Source: Mobula hypostoma (lineage: Eukaryota). Taken from it: a DNA stretch of 64,000 nt. The DNA is taken from contig NC_086097.1 in the NCBI RefSeq assembly GCF_963921235.1, positions 195,922,001 through 195,986,000 on the forward strand. Reading direction: 5' to 3'. Below, piece by piece: positions 38,955 through 50,531 of this stretch. The position numbers and the translations under genes are program-made. The notes under the pieces are model-generated. The model searched no databases. It saw only the letters and a program-made list of their open reading frames with translations, and was not told the origin of the DNA. The stretch's first letter is position 1. The number at the start of each line of letters is the position of its first letter.

Positions 38955-41769
38955 GGGAGGAGTGTCATGAATAAAGCAGATGAGCTTAGAACATGGATCA
39001 GCACTTGGAGCTATGATGTTGTGCCCATTACAGAGACTTGGATGGTGCAGGGACAGGAATGGCTACTTCAAGTGCCAGGCTTTAAATGTTTCAGAAAGGA
39101 TAGGGAGGGAGGCAAAAGAGATGGGGGCACAGAACTGTTGAACTGTTGTGGAGATAGTATCATGGCTGCAGAAAAGGAGGAAGTCATGGAGGAGTTGTCC
39201 ACGGATTCTCTGTGGGTGGAAGTGGGGAATAAAAAGTGGTCAATAACTCCACTGGGTGTTTTTTATAGACCACCCAATAGTAACAGGGACATCGAAGAGC
39301 AGATAGGGAGACAAATTCTGAAAAGAAGTAGTAATAACAGGGTTGTTGGATCTTAATTTTCCAAATATTGATTAGCATCTCCCTACAGTGAGGGGTTTAG
39401 ATGGGGTAGAGTTTGTTAGGTGTGTTCAGGAAGGTTTCTTAACACAATATGTAGATAAGCCTACAAGAGGAAAGAGACTGTACTTGATCTGATATTGGGA
39501 AATGAACCTGGTCAGGTGTCAGGTCTCTCAGTGGGAGAGCATTTTGGAGATAGTGATCACAATTCTGTCTCCTTTACCATAGCATTAGGTAGGGATAGGA
39601 ACGGACAAGTTAGGGAAACGTTTAATTGGAGTAAGGCTATCAGGCAGGAACTTGGAAGCATAATTTGGAAACAGATGTTCTCAGGGAAACGTACCGAAGA
39701 AATGTGGCAAATGTTCAGGGGATACTTACATGGGGTTCTGAGTAGATACGTTCCAATGAGACATGGAAAGGATGGTAGGGTACAAGATCTGTGGTGCACA
39801 AAGGCTGTTGTAAATCTAGTCAAGAAGAAAAGGAGAGCTTACGAAAGGCTAAAAAACTAGGTAATGATATGAATCTAAAAGATTATAAGGCTAGCAGGAA
39901 GGAGCTTAAAGAATGAAATTAGGAGAGCCAGAAGGGGCCACGAGAAGGCCTTGGCGGACAGGATTAAGGAAACCCCCAAGTCTACAAGTATGTGAAGAGC
40001 AAGAGGATAAGACATGAGAGAATAGGACCAATCAAATGTGACAATGGAAAAGTGTGTATGGAACTAGAGGAAATAGCGGAGGTACTTAATGAATACTTTG
40101 CTTCAGTATTCATCACGGAAAATGATCTTGGCGATTGTAGGGATGACTTGCAGTGGACTAAAAAGCTTGGGAATGTAGATATTAAGAAAGAGGATGTGCT
40201 AGAGCTTTTGGAAAGCATCAAGATGGATAAGTCACCGGGACTGGATGTACCCCAAGCTACTGTAGGAAGCGAGGGAGGAGATTGCTGAGCTTCTGGCAAT
40301 GATCTTTGCATCATTAATGAGGACAGGAGAGGTTTCGGAGGAATGGAGAGATGCGGATGTTGTTCACTTATTCAAGAAAGAGAGTAAGGGTAGCCCATGA
40401 AATTATAGGCCAGTGAGTCTTACTTCAGTGGTTGATAAGTTGATGGAGAAGATCCTGAGAAGCAGGATTTATGAACATTTGGAGAGGCATAATATGATTA
40501 GGAATAGTCAGCATGGCTTTGTCAAAGGCAGGTCGTGCCTTACGAGCCTGATTGAATTTTTTGAGGATGTGACTGAGCACATTGATGAAGGTAGAGCAGT
40601 AGATGTAGTATATATGGATTTTAGCAAGGCATTTGATAAGGTACCCCATGCAAGGCTTATTGAGAAAGTAAGGAGGCATGGGATCTAACGGGACATTGCT
40701 TTGTAGATCCAGAACTGGCTTGCCCACAGAAGGCAAAGAGTGGTTGTAGATGGATCATATTCTTCATGGAAGCCAGTGACCAGTGGTGTGCCTCAGGGAT
40801 CTGTTCTGGGACCCCTACTCTTGGTGATTTTTATAAATGACCTGAATGAGGAAGTGGAGGGATGGGTTAGTAAATTTGCTGATGACACAAAGGTTGGGGG
40901 GGGTGGTGGTTGTGGATAGTGTGGAGGGCTGTCAGAGGTTGCAACGGGACATTGATAGGATGCAAAACCGGGCTGAGAAGTGGCAGATGGAGTTCAACCC
41001 AGATAAGTGTGAAGTGGTTCATTTTGGTAGGTTAAACATGATTGCAGAATATAGTATTAATGGTAAGACTCTTGGCAGCGTGGAGGATCTTGGGGTCCAA
41101 ATCCATAGGACACTCAAAGCTGCTACGCAGGTTGACTGTGGTTAAGAAGGCATATGGTGCATTGGCCTTCGTCAATCATGGGATTGAGTTTAAGAGCCGA
41201 GAAGTAATATTGCAGCTATATAGGACCCTGGTCAGACCCCACTTGGAGTACTGTGCTCAATTCTGGTTGCCTCACTATAGGAAGGACGTGGAAAGCATAG
41301 AAAGGGTGCAGAGGAGATTTACAAGAATGATGCCTGGATTGGGGAGCATGCCTTATGAGAATAGGTCGAGTGAACTCAGCCTTTTCTCCTTGGAGTGACG
41401 GAGGATGAGAGGTGATTTGATAGAGGTGTACAAGATAATGAGAGGCATTGATCGTGTGGAAGTCAGAGGCTTTTCCCCAGGGCTGAAATGGCTAGGAGAG
41501 GGTATAGTTTTAAGGTGCTTGGAAGTAGGTATGAAGGAGATGTCAGGGATAATTTTTTATACAGAGATGAGTGCGTGGAATAGGCTGCCGGCCACGGTGA
41601 TGGATGTGGAAACAATAGGGTCTTTTAAGAGACTTCTGGATGGCTACATAGAGCTTAGAAAAATAGAGGGCTGTGGGTAAAGCCTAGGTAGTTCTAAGGT
41701 AGGGACATGTTCAGCACAGCTTTGTGGGCCGAAGGGCCTGTATTGTACTGTATGTTTTCTATGTTTCTG
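38955..41769 (+). mobile_element. Near full-length CR1 ORF2 (APE endonuclease plus RT), frameshifted
   Basis: Motifs ITETW, YRPP, SDHN, KSPGLD, SQHGF.KGRSCLT, VYMDFSKAFDKVPH, RPHLEYC and RGDLIEVYK; (TTTCTATG) tail. Confidence 0.95.
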
Positions 41770-42584
41770 TGGAAACAACATGAACTCCCACGTCCTTTGA
41801 TGATCCTCTGATTTCAGTCTCTGAAGCCAACATGTGAGCTGCCTTCAGGAGGGTGAACCCACGATAAGCATCCAGCTCAGACGGGTTACCTGACCACGTA
41901 CTAAAGACTTATGTTGATCAACTGGCTGATGTGTTCACTCAGGTCGTTAACTGCTTGCTTCGGCAGTGTGTGGTACCTGCTGCTTCAAGCAGGCTTCAAT
42001 TATACGAGTGCCCAAGAAGAGCCTGGTGACCTACCTCAATGACTATCGCCCAATAGCACTTGCCTTCACAGTGGATAAATCTGGATTTTTCTTTATCAAC
42101 TACATTTGAGCTTTCAATATCATCCCCACAAAATTAATTGATAAGCTCCAAGACCTTGTCCTCAAGAAGTCTTTTGAGAGGTTGATGATAAAACATATCA
42201 ACTCCTGCCTGAGAAGCAACTTGGATCCATTCCAATTTACTTACAGTAGCAACAGGTCCACTGCAGACCCCAATGGATGTCATCTCATTGGTCCACTCAA
42301 CCCTGGACCATCTGGACAACTGGGGAGTAACTTAATGGCCTAATTCTGCTTCTAGGTCTTATGGTCTTAAAGGATATAGCTAGAGGGCAGGTGTTTGGAG
42401 TTGAGTGCGTTACGGGATCAGCCATGATGGAATGATTGAGTAGACTCAATGGGCTGAATGGCCTAATTCTGCTCCTATGTCTTACGGTCTTATGGGTTGG
42501 AAATACCAATGCCCTTGAATGGAAAATCCTACTAAAATTAGATTGATTAGATTAGACCAGCAACTTTGATATGTGTTGCTTGAT

Positions 42585-43590
42585 TAGATTAGATTCAGCT
42601 TTATTGTCATTGTGCCGAGTACAGATACAAAGCTAATGAAATGCAATTAGCATCTGATCAGAAATGCAAAGAATAGTGCTATTTACAAAATAACTGCAAA
42701 TAAAAAGTAAGTGCTACAACACACAAATACAGAAGTACTGAGACAGTACAGTATGGGTGCAATACTGCTTAGCACTGTGATGTGAGGTTCAGCAGGGTCG
42801 CAGCCTCAGGGAAGAAGCTGTTCCTGTGCCTGCTGGTGCGGGAGCAGAGGCTCCTGTAGCGCCTACCAGATGGGAGGAAAGTAAAAAGTCCATGGTTAGG
42901 GTGAGATGCATCCTTGATAATGCTTTTCACCCTGCCCAGGCAGCGTTTATGGTAGCCGTTCTCAGTAGTTGGGAATTGGGTGCAGATAATCCGCTGGGCA
43001 GTTTTCACCACACGATGGAGTGCTTTGCGGTCTGACACGGGACAATTGCCATACCACACTGAGATGCAGTTGGTGAGTATGCTCTCAATGGTACAGCGGT
43101 AAAAGTCCGTCAGTATCTTGGGACAGAGGTGAGTTTTCTTGATTCTCCATAGGAAATAAAGGCGCTGTTGCACCTTTTTGATCAGGATGGAGGAGTTCAG
43201 CGACCAGGTGAGATCCTCAGAAATGTGGACACCAAGGAATTTGAAGCTTGATACACGCTCCACTACAGCTCCGTTGATGTAGATGGGGACGTGAGTGTGG
43301 CTCCTAGCATGCCTGAAGTCCACAATGATCTCCTTGGTCTTCTGGGTGTTGAGGGCCAGGTTGTTGTTGGCACACCACGCGGCCAGGTGCTGGACCTCGT
43401 CCCTGTAGGCCGTCTCGTCATCCCCTCTGATCAGGCCAACCACCATGGTGTTGTCTGCGAACTTGTTTATGGAGTTAGAACCATGTACAGGAATGCAATC
43501 ATAGGTGAAAAGGGAGTACAGAAGAGGGCTCAGCACACAGCCTTGAGGCACGCCAATGTTCAGGGTGAGAGTGGAGGAGGAGAGGTTGTC
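42585..43590 (-). mobile_element. Young Rex1/Babar-type LINE 3' part with an uninterrupted ORF
   Basis: ORF 42769-43656 is open through [22 protein letters not shown] and LPSGRRYR; (ATTAG)n tail on the + strand. Confidence 0.9.
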
Positions 43591-44112
43591 TCCTCCCTGT
43601 CCATCACGGGTAAAGCCCTCCCAATTATTGAACATATCTACATGAAACGCTGTCACAACAATCCATCATCAAGGACCCCCACCATCCAGAGCATGCTCTT
43701 TTCTCACTGCTGCCATCAGGAAGAAGGTACAAGAGCCTCAGGACTTGTACCACCAGTTTTAGGAACAGTTATCACCCCTCAACCAGGCTCTTGAACAAAG
43801 GGGATAACCTTTCTCTGCTTCACTTGTGCCCCATCATTAAAATGTTCCCACAACCAATGGACTCACTTTCAGGGCCTCTTCATTTCATGTTCTTGATACT
43901 TAGTGCTTATTTATTTTTATTATTGTATCTTCATTTTGCATTTGCACAGTTTGTTGTCTTCTGCACTCTGTTGAAAACCTTAGTTTGACAGTCATTAATT
44001 GATTCTGTTATAGCTCCTATTCTCGATTTATTGAGTATGCCCGCAAGAAAATAGATCTTAGGGTTGTATGTGGTGATATATATGCACTTTGATAATATTT
44101 ATTTTAAGCATT

Positions 44113-44853
44113 GAAAACACAAGGACTAGGGTGCTGAACAATGGCAGCAAATGCTCTGGAATAACGGGTCAAAATTTGAAATTTTTTGCTCAACAGAAGG
44201 CAGTTTGTCGATATAAGAGCTGGAAAGTGCTACATGGATGAATGTCTGCAGCCGACAGTGAAGCACGACAAAGATTTTGGGCTGTATTTCTGCCAAGGAA
44301 GTTGGTGATCTGGTCAGAATTAATGGAATCCTCAATGCTAAGAAGTACAAGTAGATACTTATCCATCACGCTATACAATCAGGGAGGCATTTGATTGGTC
44401 CTAACTTCATTCTGCAGGAGGACAATGACCCCAAACAACATCCAGGGTCATAAAGAAACATGCTGAGCGAAAAGAAGACCAAGGAGTTCCGCAACAGATG
44501 GTATGACCTCCACAGAGCCCTGATCTCGACATTATCAAGGCTGTCGGGAATTACCTAGAGAGACAAGCAAATGAGACAGCCGAAGTCTGCAGAAGAACTG
44601 TGGCAAGTTCTCCAAGGTGCTTGGAACAACTCAGCTGATTTTCTTAAAAAACTGCATTTTCATATAAAATCTAAGAGAATTGATGCAGTTTTAAAGTCAA
44701 AGAGTTATCACACCAAATACTGATTTGATTTAGTTTTTTACCATTTACTGCTATTTATAGTAATTTTTTAACATTTAGAAACTTTTCATTTTTAGAAGCA
44801 TTGTCATTTTACAGAATTTTTTTACATGTGGCCAAGACTTTTACACAGTAGTG
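44113..44853 (+). mobile_element. Tc1-family transposon, 3' part (DDE region and right TIR)
   Basis: Remnants of SKFEI, FILQEDNDPK and PPQSPDLDII. Ends AAGACTTTTACACAGTAGTG followed by TA (44854-44855). Confidence 0.8.
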
Positions 44854-45639
44854 TATGTCTTGAAAATATTCTAATTGTAATACTAAACTGCTAGAGAACT
44901 GCTCCATACAGTTGCAAACTGTCAACAAGCTGGTGTATTGAAATATCTCCAATTATGATCTACTAACTGAAAGTAAGATGTATGCAATTGTCACCGATTA
45001 ATCTGCTCTCGGTTATCAGCAGAGTAAGGGTTGGGGGTCTTGCCTGTTGTCAAGTGGCACATATTTATAACCTGTTCAGTGGTGGTTCCATCAGAGTGAA
45101 TTGATTCTTAGCCTCATTAGTCTTTGTCCAAAATTAGGATTAAAGAGAAGCGGAGGTAGGGAAGAGTAGCCATTTTGGAGTGGTCATTGTGTTGAGATAG
45201 AGGTGCTGTTTTTAAAAGATAAAAAGCTGAACTTCTGTCTCAAGAGGCTTCAGCAAGGAAACTGAGTGGTGGAAGTTAAGGTTTTCTGCTCTCCTCTGTA
45301 GTGTTGGAGGTTTTGAGGTGGCAATTACAACAGTCAAATGCTGCTCCTGCAGTGTTTACGAGTAAAGGGAAGCATCCAATGTCCCTGCTACTCTGCCTGT
45401 GGGAAGTATGTCCAGGATCAGTTCTTAACCAATTCATCACATGGCTGGAGCTGTAACTTCAAGTCAAGTCAATTTTGTTGAAGAGAAATTATGTTTTCCC
45501 AATTTATTGGTGTACTTTGAAACAGCGATGTGATGTGAATAAAGAGAAACCACTGGCTATACTAAGCCTCTCAGCAGGCATTCTTAAATGGTACTGTGGA
45601 AAATAAAACCTAATGGTACAGGCAGTAACATAGTTGTGA

Positions 45640-46710
45640 TAGAAAGTTGGATGGCAAATAGGAAACAGTGAACATTAATGGGTCTTTATCTGGTTGGCAA
45701 ACTGTAACAACTTCCAGATTCTATGTTGTAAGTGGTGTGCTATAGGGATTGGTGGTGGGGCCTCTACATCATTTGTTAATGGCTGATAAAGGTGCCAAAG
45801 ATGTAAATTTGCTGATGACACAAGGATAGGTAAGAACGTATGTTGTGAAGCCATGAAGATTGTACATAAATTGAGTGAGAAAAGTTCTGGCAAATTGGGT
45901 ATATGTGGGAAAATGTGAACTTGTCAGTTTTCTTAGGAAACAGGATTGAACCAAATGCGGTACCAAGAGACTCAGTAAAACTAAGGTTAATGGTCATTAA
46001 GGAGAAAACTTTGATTTGTCATAAGGACAATGCTAGAAGTTATAATTTGAAAAGCTATAGAAGCCTTTTAACTGAGAAAGTATTGAATTCTGGCGTGTGA
46101 TTTGCAAAAGTTCATTATTCAGTTATGGAAATAAGTTAGGAAAACACTTACAATCCGGTTGTGTATTGATTGGTAGGGGAACTGAATGCAAAACAAGGGA
46201 GATTATGCTTCATTTATGAAGGACATTAGTGAGACCACATCTGAAGTATTGTAAATGTTTATTTAAGGCAAGATATTAATGCATTGGAAACATTTCAGAG
46301 AGATGTTTTTCAATGAATATCTGACATAGATCCTTGATCTCACTAGGAAAGATTGGAGTGGTGAGGCTGTTCTCTGGTGTGTGGAAGAGTGAGTTGGGCC
46401 TTATAGGAAACAAAAAATTTGGGTCGCCTTTATTGCGTGGATGTGAGAATGTTTTTTTCCTTGAGAGAATTTAGACTAGTGACCACTGGTTATATTGAAT
46501 ATCATTCATTTTATCTGAGTCTTTGGAACTATCCTTAAAGGGTCATAGAAGCAGACTCTTTTAAAAGGGAATCTTTCAAGGAGGAATTGAAAGGTTACTC
46601 TATGTACAGGAATGCAAAATTGAGGTTGCACATAAGATTAATCATAGCCTTATTAAATGATGGTACAAATGGGAGCAGTCAAGTTGTCTGCTTTTGCTCA
46701 TAATCCATCT
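45640..46710 (+). mobile_element. Decayed CR1 LINE fragment
   Basis: AAATTTGCTGATGACACAAG (KFADDT) at about 45805; GTGAGACCACATCTGAAGTATTG (RPHLEY-like). Confidence 0.65.
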
Positions 46711-48342
46711 GTTTGTGTAATATTTCAGATAGAGTACATAGCACAAAATAAGATAAAAGTAAATGAAAAACAATTTAAATCAGTACTGATGAAAAGGGGG
46801 TCAACAGACCTGGAATTTAGTTTTTAGCTGAGTTGAGTTTTTCTAATATTTTCTGTAGTTGTAACATGAAGGGAAGTGTGAACCAATCATCTCAACCCAG
46901 GTGCCACTATAATAATTTCTCAGGATGGTGTCCATTATTCCAATCATCTCCATCAACAACCTTCTGTTATAAATGCAGAAAAGTGATTGTGTCTGATTGG
47001 ACAGTGTTCTATTGCATTCACAACTGCTCTTAGTGAAGCAGTCCATGCCTACATGCAGATGCAAGTATAAACCTCACAGGTAATATGCAAAACAAATGGC
47101 AGGCAATAAGGTTTCATTACTAATTACTCGAAGCATTATAACTGAGTGCAGAATAGGGGCTGTCAAAGCACAGAACAGCTATGACAGCTAATAAACCACC
47201 AGGCTCACCCCGTTGGGATTTGCCATTAGAGCCATTAAGTGTATGAATGATTTTGATAATCATGCATTCATCTCATACCTGTTTCTTTCAAAATGGTTTA
47301 AAGTTTTTATGTACAAGGTTTTCACCTGAAACATTTACAATTCCTTTCACACCACCACTCCACCCTCCACCCACCCCCCACCCCACAAATGCTGCTGGGC
47401 TTGTGTTGAGATCCACCTGCAGATTGTTTGTTTCTTCTGTAATCCAAGTCCTTTCATTGAATTTACTATAAAGTGTTACATCTTGAAATGCATCTGAATT
47501 AACATGCTGTTTTGGCCTGTTAGGTTTCTGCAGGAATCAAGATTCCTGAGAATGGGTCGGGGAAATATCGAAATCCATTGCAAGAGATTTCTTTAGTTTT
47601 ATTTCCTTTTAATTCTTTATTCCTTAAAAATGATTTAGGTTTAAGTCCTGATGCAGTTTTATAAAGCAAATTCTTTGCTGATGGGATAATCTGATTGGAC
47701 ATTGTCTCATCATACCATTTGATTTTCTAATTTAAATTCTCATGTGAAGAAAAGTACTTCTACATTAAGACTTCACATGTGGATTCTCCACTACCCTGCA
47801 AAAGCACAAGGCTTGTGCAAAAATATTCACAACACTAAAAACATATTCCTTTCTTCTTAAAACACTAAATATCTGTACACAAAAAGATTCTTCAAAATTT
47901 GGCCAGGTGATTATGCTCTACTAAGCGTATTCTTCAACTTGTTGACCTAAACCTCAGTCACCAGCTGTATTCTCACTGTTGTTCACTCTTGCTATGGTTA
48001 TCATTGTTGCTTTTTTTGAAGATCACTTGTGTCCATGCTTGATAACCTTCATTTTGAGAGCTGATCCTCAGTTTTTCCATCTTCAGGGTTAGTGGGGGGC
48101 ATGAGGAGGTAACTGGGAGAAAAGCATGACAAATAATTCCTTTGTTGTCTGACGTACAACTCTTTAGCCCAAATCCAGTTAATCTCGTTGAAGGATCTCA
48201 TTCTGTTTTTGTAACCATGTATGAGCACAGATGCACTGTTTATACCCTGCTGTTATATGCTTTGTTTTATTTCATGTTTAAAGCCAGTTTAATTTTTACA
48301 GTTACAGTTACTTACAGTTCTCTCCTGTTTGCAGCTTCAGTT

Positions 48343-48607
48343 ATGGGTTGCATAAAGAGCAAGGAGGACAAAGAGCCAGCTATGAAGTATAAACCAGGCG
48401 ACGCTGCTGGAACTGTTGCTGCAAATATTACTCAGTATGGTCCTGATCCCACCCAAATGACACAATCACCAGCATTAAAGGGACAATCTGGGAACTTCAA
48501 CAAACATTCCATAACACCGTTTGGTGGATCAGCTGGAATGGCACCATTTGGAGGTGCTTCTTCATCATTTACTGTTGTTCCCACCCAATACACAAGTGGT
48601 GTTACAG
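48343..48607 (+). CDS. YES1: YES1 first coding exon (SH4 and unique domain); exon begins at 48335
   Basis: MGCIKSKEDK...TPFGGSAGMAPFGGASSSF...GVTG matches the c-Yes N-terminus (Gly2 myristoylation, Cys3 palmitoylation site). Acceptor TTTGCAG ends at 48334; donor CAG|GTGAGT, phase 1. Confidence 0.96.
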
Positions 48608-48779
48608 GTGAGTAGCAGCACCAGCCTTAGAGTATACAGTCTCCTCTTCTATATTGATTCTAAATGTCCAACTGTTGTGGATCTTTACATTGCAGGAATA
48701 TTTTAAGACCTAATTTTTTATACCTATCTTCTAAAGTTACCTTGAGATGTATCACTTTGACAAGGTCTTATATGAGAGA

Positions 48780-49625
48780 TTGGTTAAGGAGGTTCAGTCA
48801 CTTGGCATTCAGGATGGGGTGGTAAATTGGATTAGATGTTGGCTTTGCAGGAGAAGCCAGAGAGTAGTTGTAGATGGTTGCCGTTCTGACTGGAGACCTG
48901 TGACAAGTAGTGTGTAGCAAGGATCAGTGCCGGGTTCATTGTTATTTGTCATTCATACCAATGACCTGGATGATAATGAAAACTGCGGATGATAATGTAA
49001 ATTTGCGGATGATACCAAGATTGGGGGTGTAGTGGGGGACAAGGAAAGCTATCAAAGCTTGCAGAGGGATTTGTTCAGCTTGAAAAAAGGACAGAGAAAT
49101 TGCAGGTGGAATTTCATGCAGACAAGTGTGAGATGTGGCATTTTGGGTGGACAAACCAGAGTACGACTTAAACAGTGATGATAGGGCATCTAGGACTGCA
49201 GTAGAACAGAGGGATCTGGGATACACATCTATTATTCCTTGAAAGTAGCATCACCGGTAGATAGGGCCTTCATAAGTCAAAGTACGGCAGTACTTATTGT
49301 GTACAGGAGTTAGAATATTACATTGAAGTTATACAAAATGTTCGTGAGACCTAGTTTGGAGTATTTTGTGCAGTTTTGGTTACTACATACAGGAATGATA
49401 TCAATGAAATTGAAAGAGCACAGAAAAAAAATTACAAGGATGTTGCCAAGACCTGAGTTATAGGAAAGGTTGAATAGGTTAGGACTTCATTTCCTGAAAA
49501 TGAGTGCAGGGGAAAGACTGGAGATTTGATAGAGGTATGCAAAATTATGAGGGGTATAGATAAGGTTTATGTAAGCAGACTTTTTCTGCCAAACTTAGGT
49601 AAAACCAGAACTAGAGGTCATAAGT
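48780..49625 (+). mobile_element. CR1 LINE RT/3' fragment
   Basis: KFADDTK (about 49000), RDLG, RPSLEY and TRGH remnants. Confidence 0.8.
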
Positions 49626-49960
49626 GACTCCAGCCTATCTCATCTTTAGTAAGTAGAGGTGACTCTGGTGGTCTCACTTCAAAGGTCTTGCTTGACTGCA
49701 ACTGCTTCAGGCTAACCTTGCCTTACCACAACTTTCACACTCCTTCCTCTTTGTCCTATAGAAAACAATAAAAATCTGATTAAATTTTAGTAATGCAGAG
49801 TCTCTGAAACTCCATGACAGTTTCATCAGGGACAGTTGGCTGTTGATATCAGGGAAGTGCGTGCAGTACTCCTGGCTAATATTGACACAAGTACCGCTTC
49901 TCTCAGACAACAGAAAGGCTGGTGCTAGTCGATTTTGGGTGTCCTGGCTCATGTTGTGTA

Positions 49961-50531
49961 GTTGTTGTTTGTTGTTCGTCCATCGTATGTCGATGAGGAC
50001 CTCAACACCATTATTGATGGTGTTGAGACTAGCGGATGATTTGGATTTAAGTGAGGGAGAGTTGCGCAGCGTCAGCCTCACTCTCTCTTCCCAATTCCCA
50101 TCTGGATCCAGTGGCAAGACAGAGTCAAGATGGCTGGAGATGGGACTAGGCGCAGTGGATGACCAGGACGTCTTCTGTGTCTTGTCCTGCTCTACACGTT
50201 CCACGACGCTTGCAAAGACCGCCTTCTTGACCGTTGGACCTTCCATTGGTCTCATCGGCTCAATCTGCCGGAGTCTGTCTTCACATGCTGGGATAGACAA
50301 CTCCCTTTCTCACCGAGGGTTTGAGACCCGTCAGCTACCCTCACCTGGTTTAGCCGGCTTGTCGAAGCCGTTGCCTGGGGTGTGGCCGCTGTCACATGCA
50401 AACAGCTACGGGGAGCCACAGGTGAGAGCTGAGTGCCAGGTGGGGACCAACGGTGGACTAACCGCCTTGAAAAGGACGCGACATGTTACCCCACCAGAGG
50501 TGCTACCCCTCCCTGACACCCCATACACCCC
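49961..50531 (-). mobile_element. Non-autonomous RTE-derived retroelement (5' UTR fused to 3' UTR, (CAA)n tail)
   Basis: Minus strand starts GGGGTGTATGGGGTGTCAGGGAGG and ends GTCCTCATCGACATACGATGGACG followed by AACAAC repeats. CpG-rich with no RT ORF. No clear TSD. Confidence 0.75.
50338..50531 (-). ncRNA. Predicted HDV-like self-cleaving ribozyme
   Basis: P1 GGGGUGU/ACACCCC, P2 CUCACCUG/CAGGUGAG, P3 GGC/GCC, L3 starting UCCCCGU, P4 CGGCUU/AAGCCG and J4/2 GCUAA, all in HDV order (hand folding only). Confidence 0.75.

Larger units (their letters stand above)
37778..44110 (+). mobile_element. Near full-length Rex1/Babar-type LINE carrying nested insertions
   Basis: Starts with RPPLPSILMANVQ (APE endonuclease start). 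Colinear with 56980-59500. Resumes at 41770, 42495 and about 43595; tail at about 44090. Confidence 0.8.

Noticed and set aside
48142..48342. N-terminal extension of the YES1 ORF in the ORF track
   Set aside because: Intronic sequence upstream of the acceptor; myristoylation requires initiation at MGC (48343).
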